Of a stretch of DNA of 64,000 bases, positions 63,635 through 64,000 are shown in pieces. How positions within the stretch are numbered: position 1 is the first letter of the stretch; each line of letters begins with the position of its first letter. This DNA comes from an uncultured Myxococcales bacterium (lineage in GTDB: Bacteria; Myxococcota_A; Polyangia; Palsa-1104; JAEUJZ01): NCBI GenBank assembly GCA_964460115.1, contig CAYWPR010000028.1, positions 1,904-65,903 on the forward strand, in the 5' to 3' direction. The notes under the pieces are model-generated. The model searched no databases. It was given only the letters and a program-made list of their open reading frames with translations, and was not told the DNA's origin. Both the position numbers and the translations under genes were made by a program.

Positions 63635-64000
63635 ACCCCCTCCGCCGCGCCGCTTTGCGGCAAAGTCTTCAGATCGGCGATGTCTGCGGCACCTAGCTCC
63701 TCGAGTTCTTGGGCGCGCTGCTGCTCGGCGGCAAAAGAGGCGTAAATGCCGCCGTGTCGAATAAGCTGTTCGTGCGTTCCAGTTTCCACGACTTGGCCTT
63801 TGTCCAAAACGACGATTTGCTTACAGCGTGCCGCCGCAGCCACGCGATGCGTAATCAGCAAAAGCGAGCGCTCTTGCGACTGCTGCGAAATCGTGTCGAG
63901 GATGGCTGCCTCGGTTTTGGCATCGACGGCAGATAGCGGGTCGTCCAAAATCAAAAGCCGCGGCTGCCACAATAAGGCTCGCGCCAAAGCGACTCGCTGC
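63631..64000 (-). CDS. ABC exporter half-transporter, 5'-partial (runs off the right edge); probable heterodimer partner
   Basis: C-terminal NBD residues ...ARALLWQPRLLILDDPLSAVDAKTE...LLITHR. A 4-nt overlap with the downstream partner gene. Confidence 0.85.
   Translation of the reverse strand, partial: QRVALARALLWQPRLLILDDPLSAVDAKTEAAILDTISQQSQERSLLLITHRVAAAARCKQIVVLDKGQVVETGTHEQLIRHGGIYASFAAEQQRAQELEELGAADIADLKTLPQSGAAEGV

Overview
This is a 64-kb chromosomal window with high GC (about 60% by eye) and several visibly AT-richer patches. I support about 60 protein genes, 3 tRNAs, 2 intrinsic terminators and a few candidate operators and promoters. I saw no rRNA, CRISPR array, transposase or integrase.

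The gene content points to a Myxococcota-like (deltaproteobacterial) genome. This is inference only. It rests on four Hanks-type Ser/Thr kinase genes or fragments, an ABC1/UbiB atypical kinase, an FHA-GGDEF protein, TPR/PEGA membrane proteins, many lipoproteins, a CHASE3 protein and a zwf-opcA-pgl operon.

**Housekeeping genes:** rarA, ACT-malic enzyme, pckG, miaB, an RNase II-family gene, zwf-opcA-pgl, tRNA-Phe, tRNA-Gln and tRNA-Glu.

**Most interesting observations:**
1. A Ser/Thr kinase appears split into an N-terminal fragment (14862-15386) and a C-terminal fragment with a UrtA/AmiC-like sensor domain (21689-23647). The 6.3-kb block between them is flanked by a 13-nt direct repeat. It carries an intact kinase plus five exported-protein genes, including an AT-rich tandem duplicate.
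2. A tightly coupled minus-strand four-gene operon (42538-45523) places an ABC1/UbiB-like kinase and a 124-aa protein between two paralogous ~75-aa proteins.
3. A six-gene same-strand cluster (34297-42531) joins a di-iron ferritin-like protein and an HpnE/phytoene-desaturase-like flavoprotein to a MacB-type ABC transporter, a LolA-like protein and a putative outer-membrane barrel.
4. A bacterial homologue of the eukaryotic sterol isomerase EBP (5174-5707) sits in an operon with a VKOR-DsbA fusion and a flippase.
5. A 540-aa protein has a non-canonical HEx3Hx3H motif and a histone-H1-like lysine-rich tail (52779-54401).

**Limits:** all calls come from reading the ORF translations and DNA by eye. 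No homology search, HMM scan, structure prediction or GC calculation was run. Start codons are best guesses, and family names come from remembered motifs.
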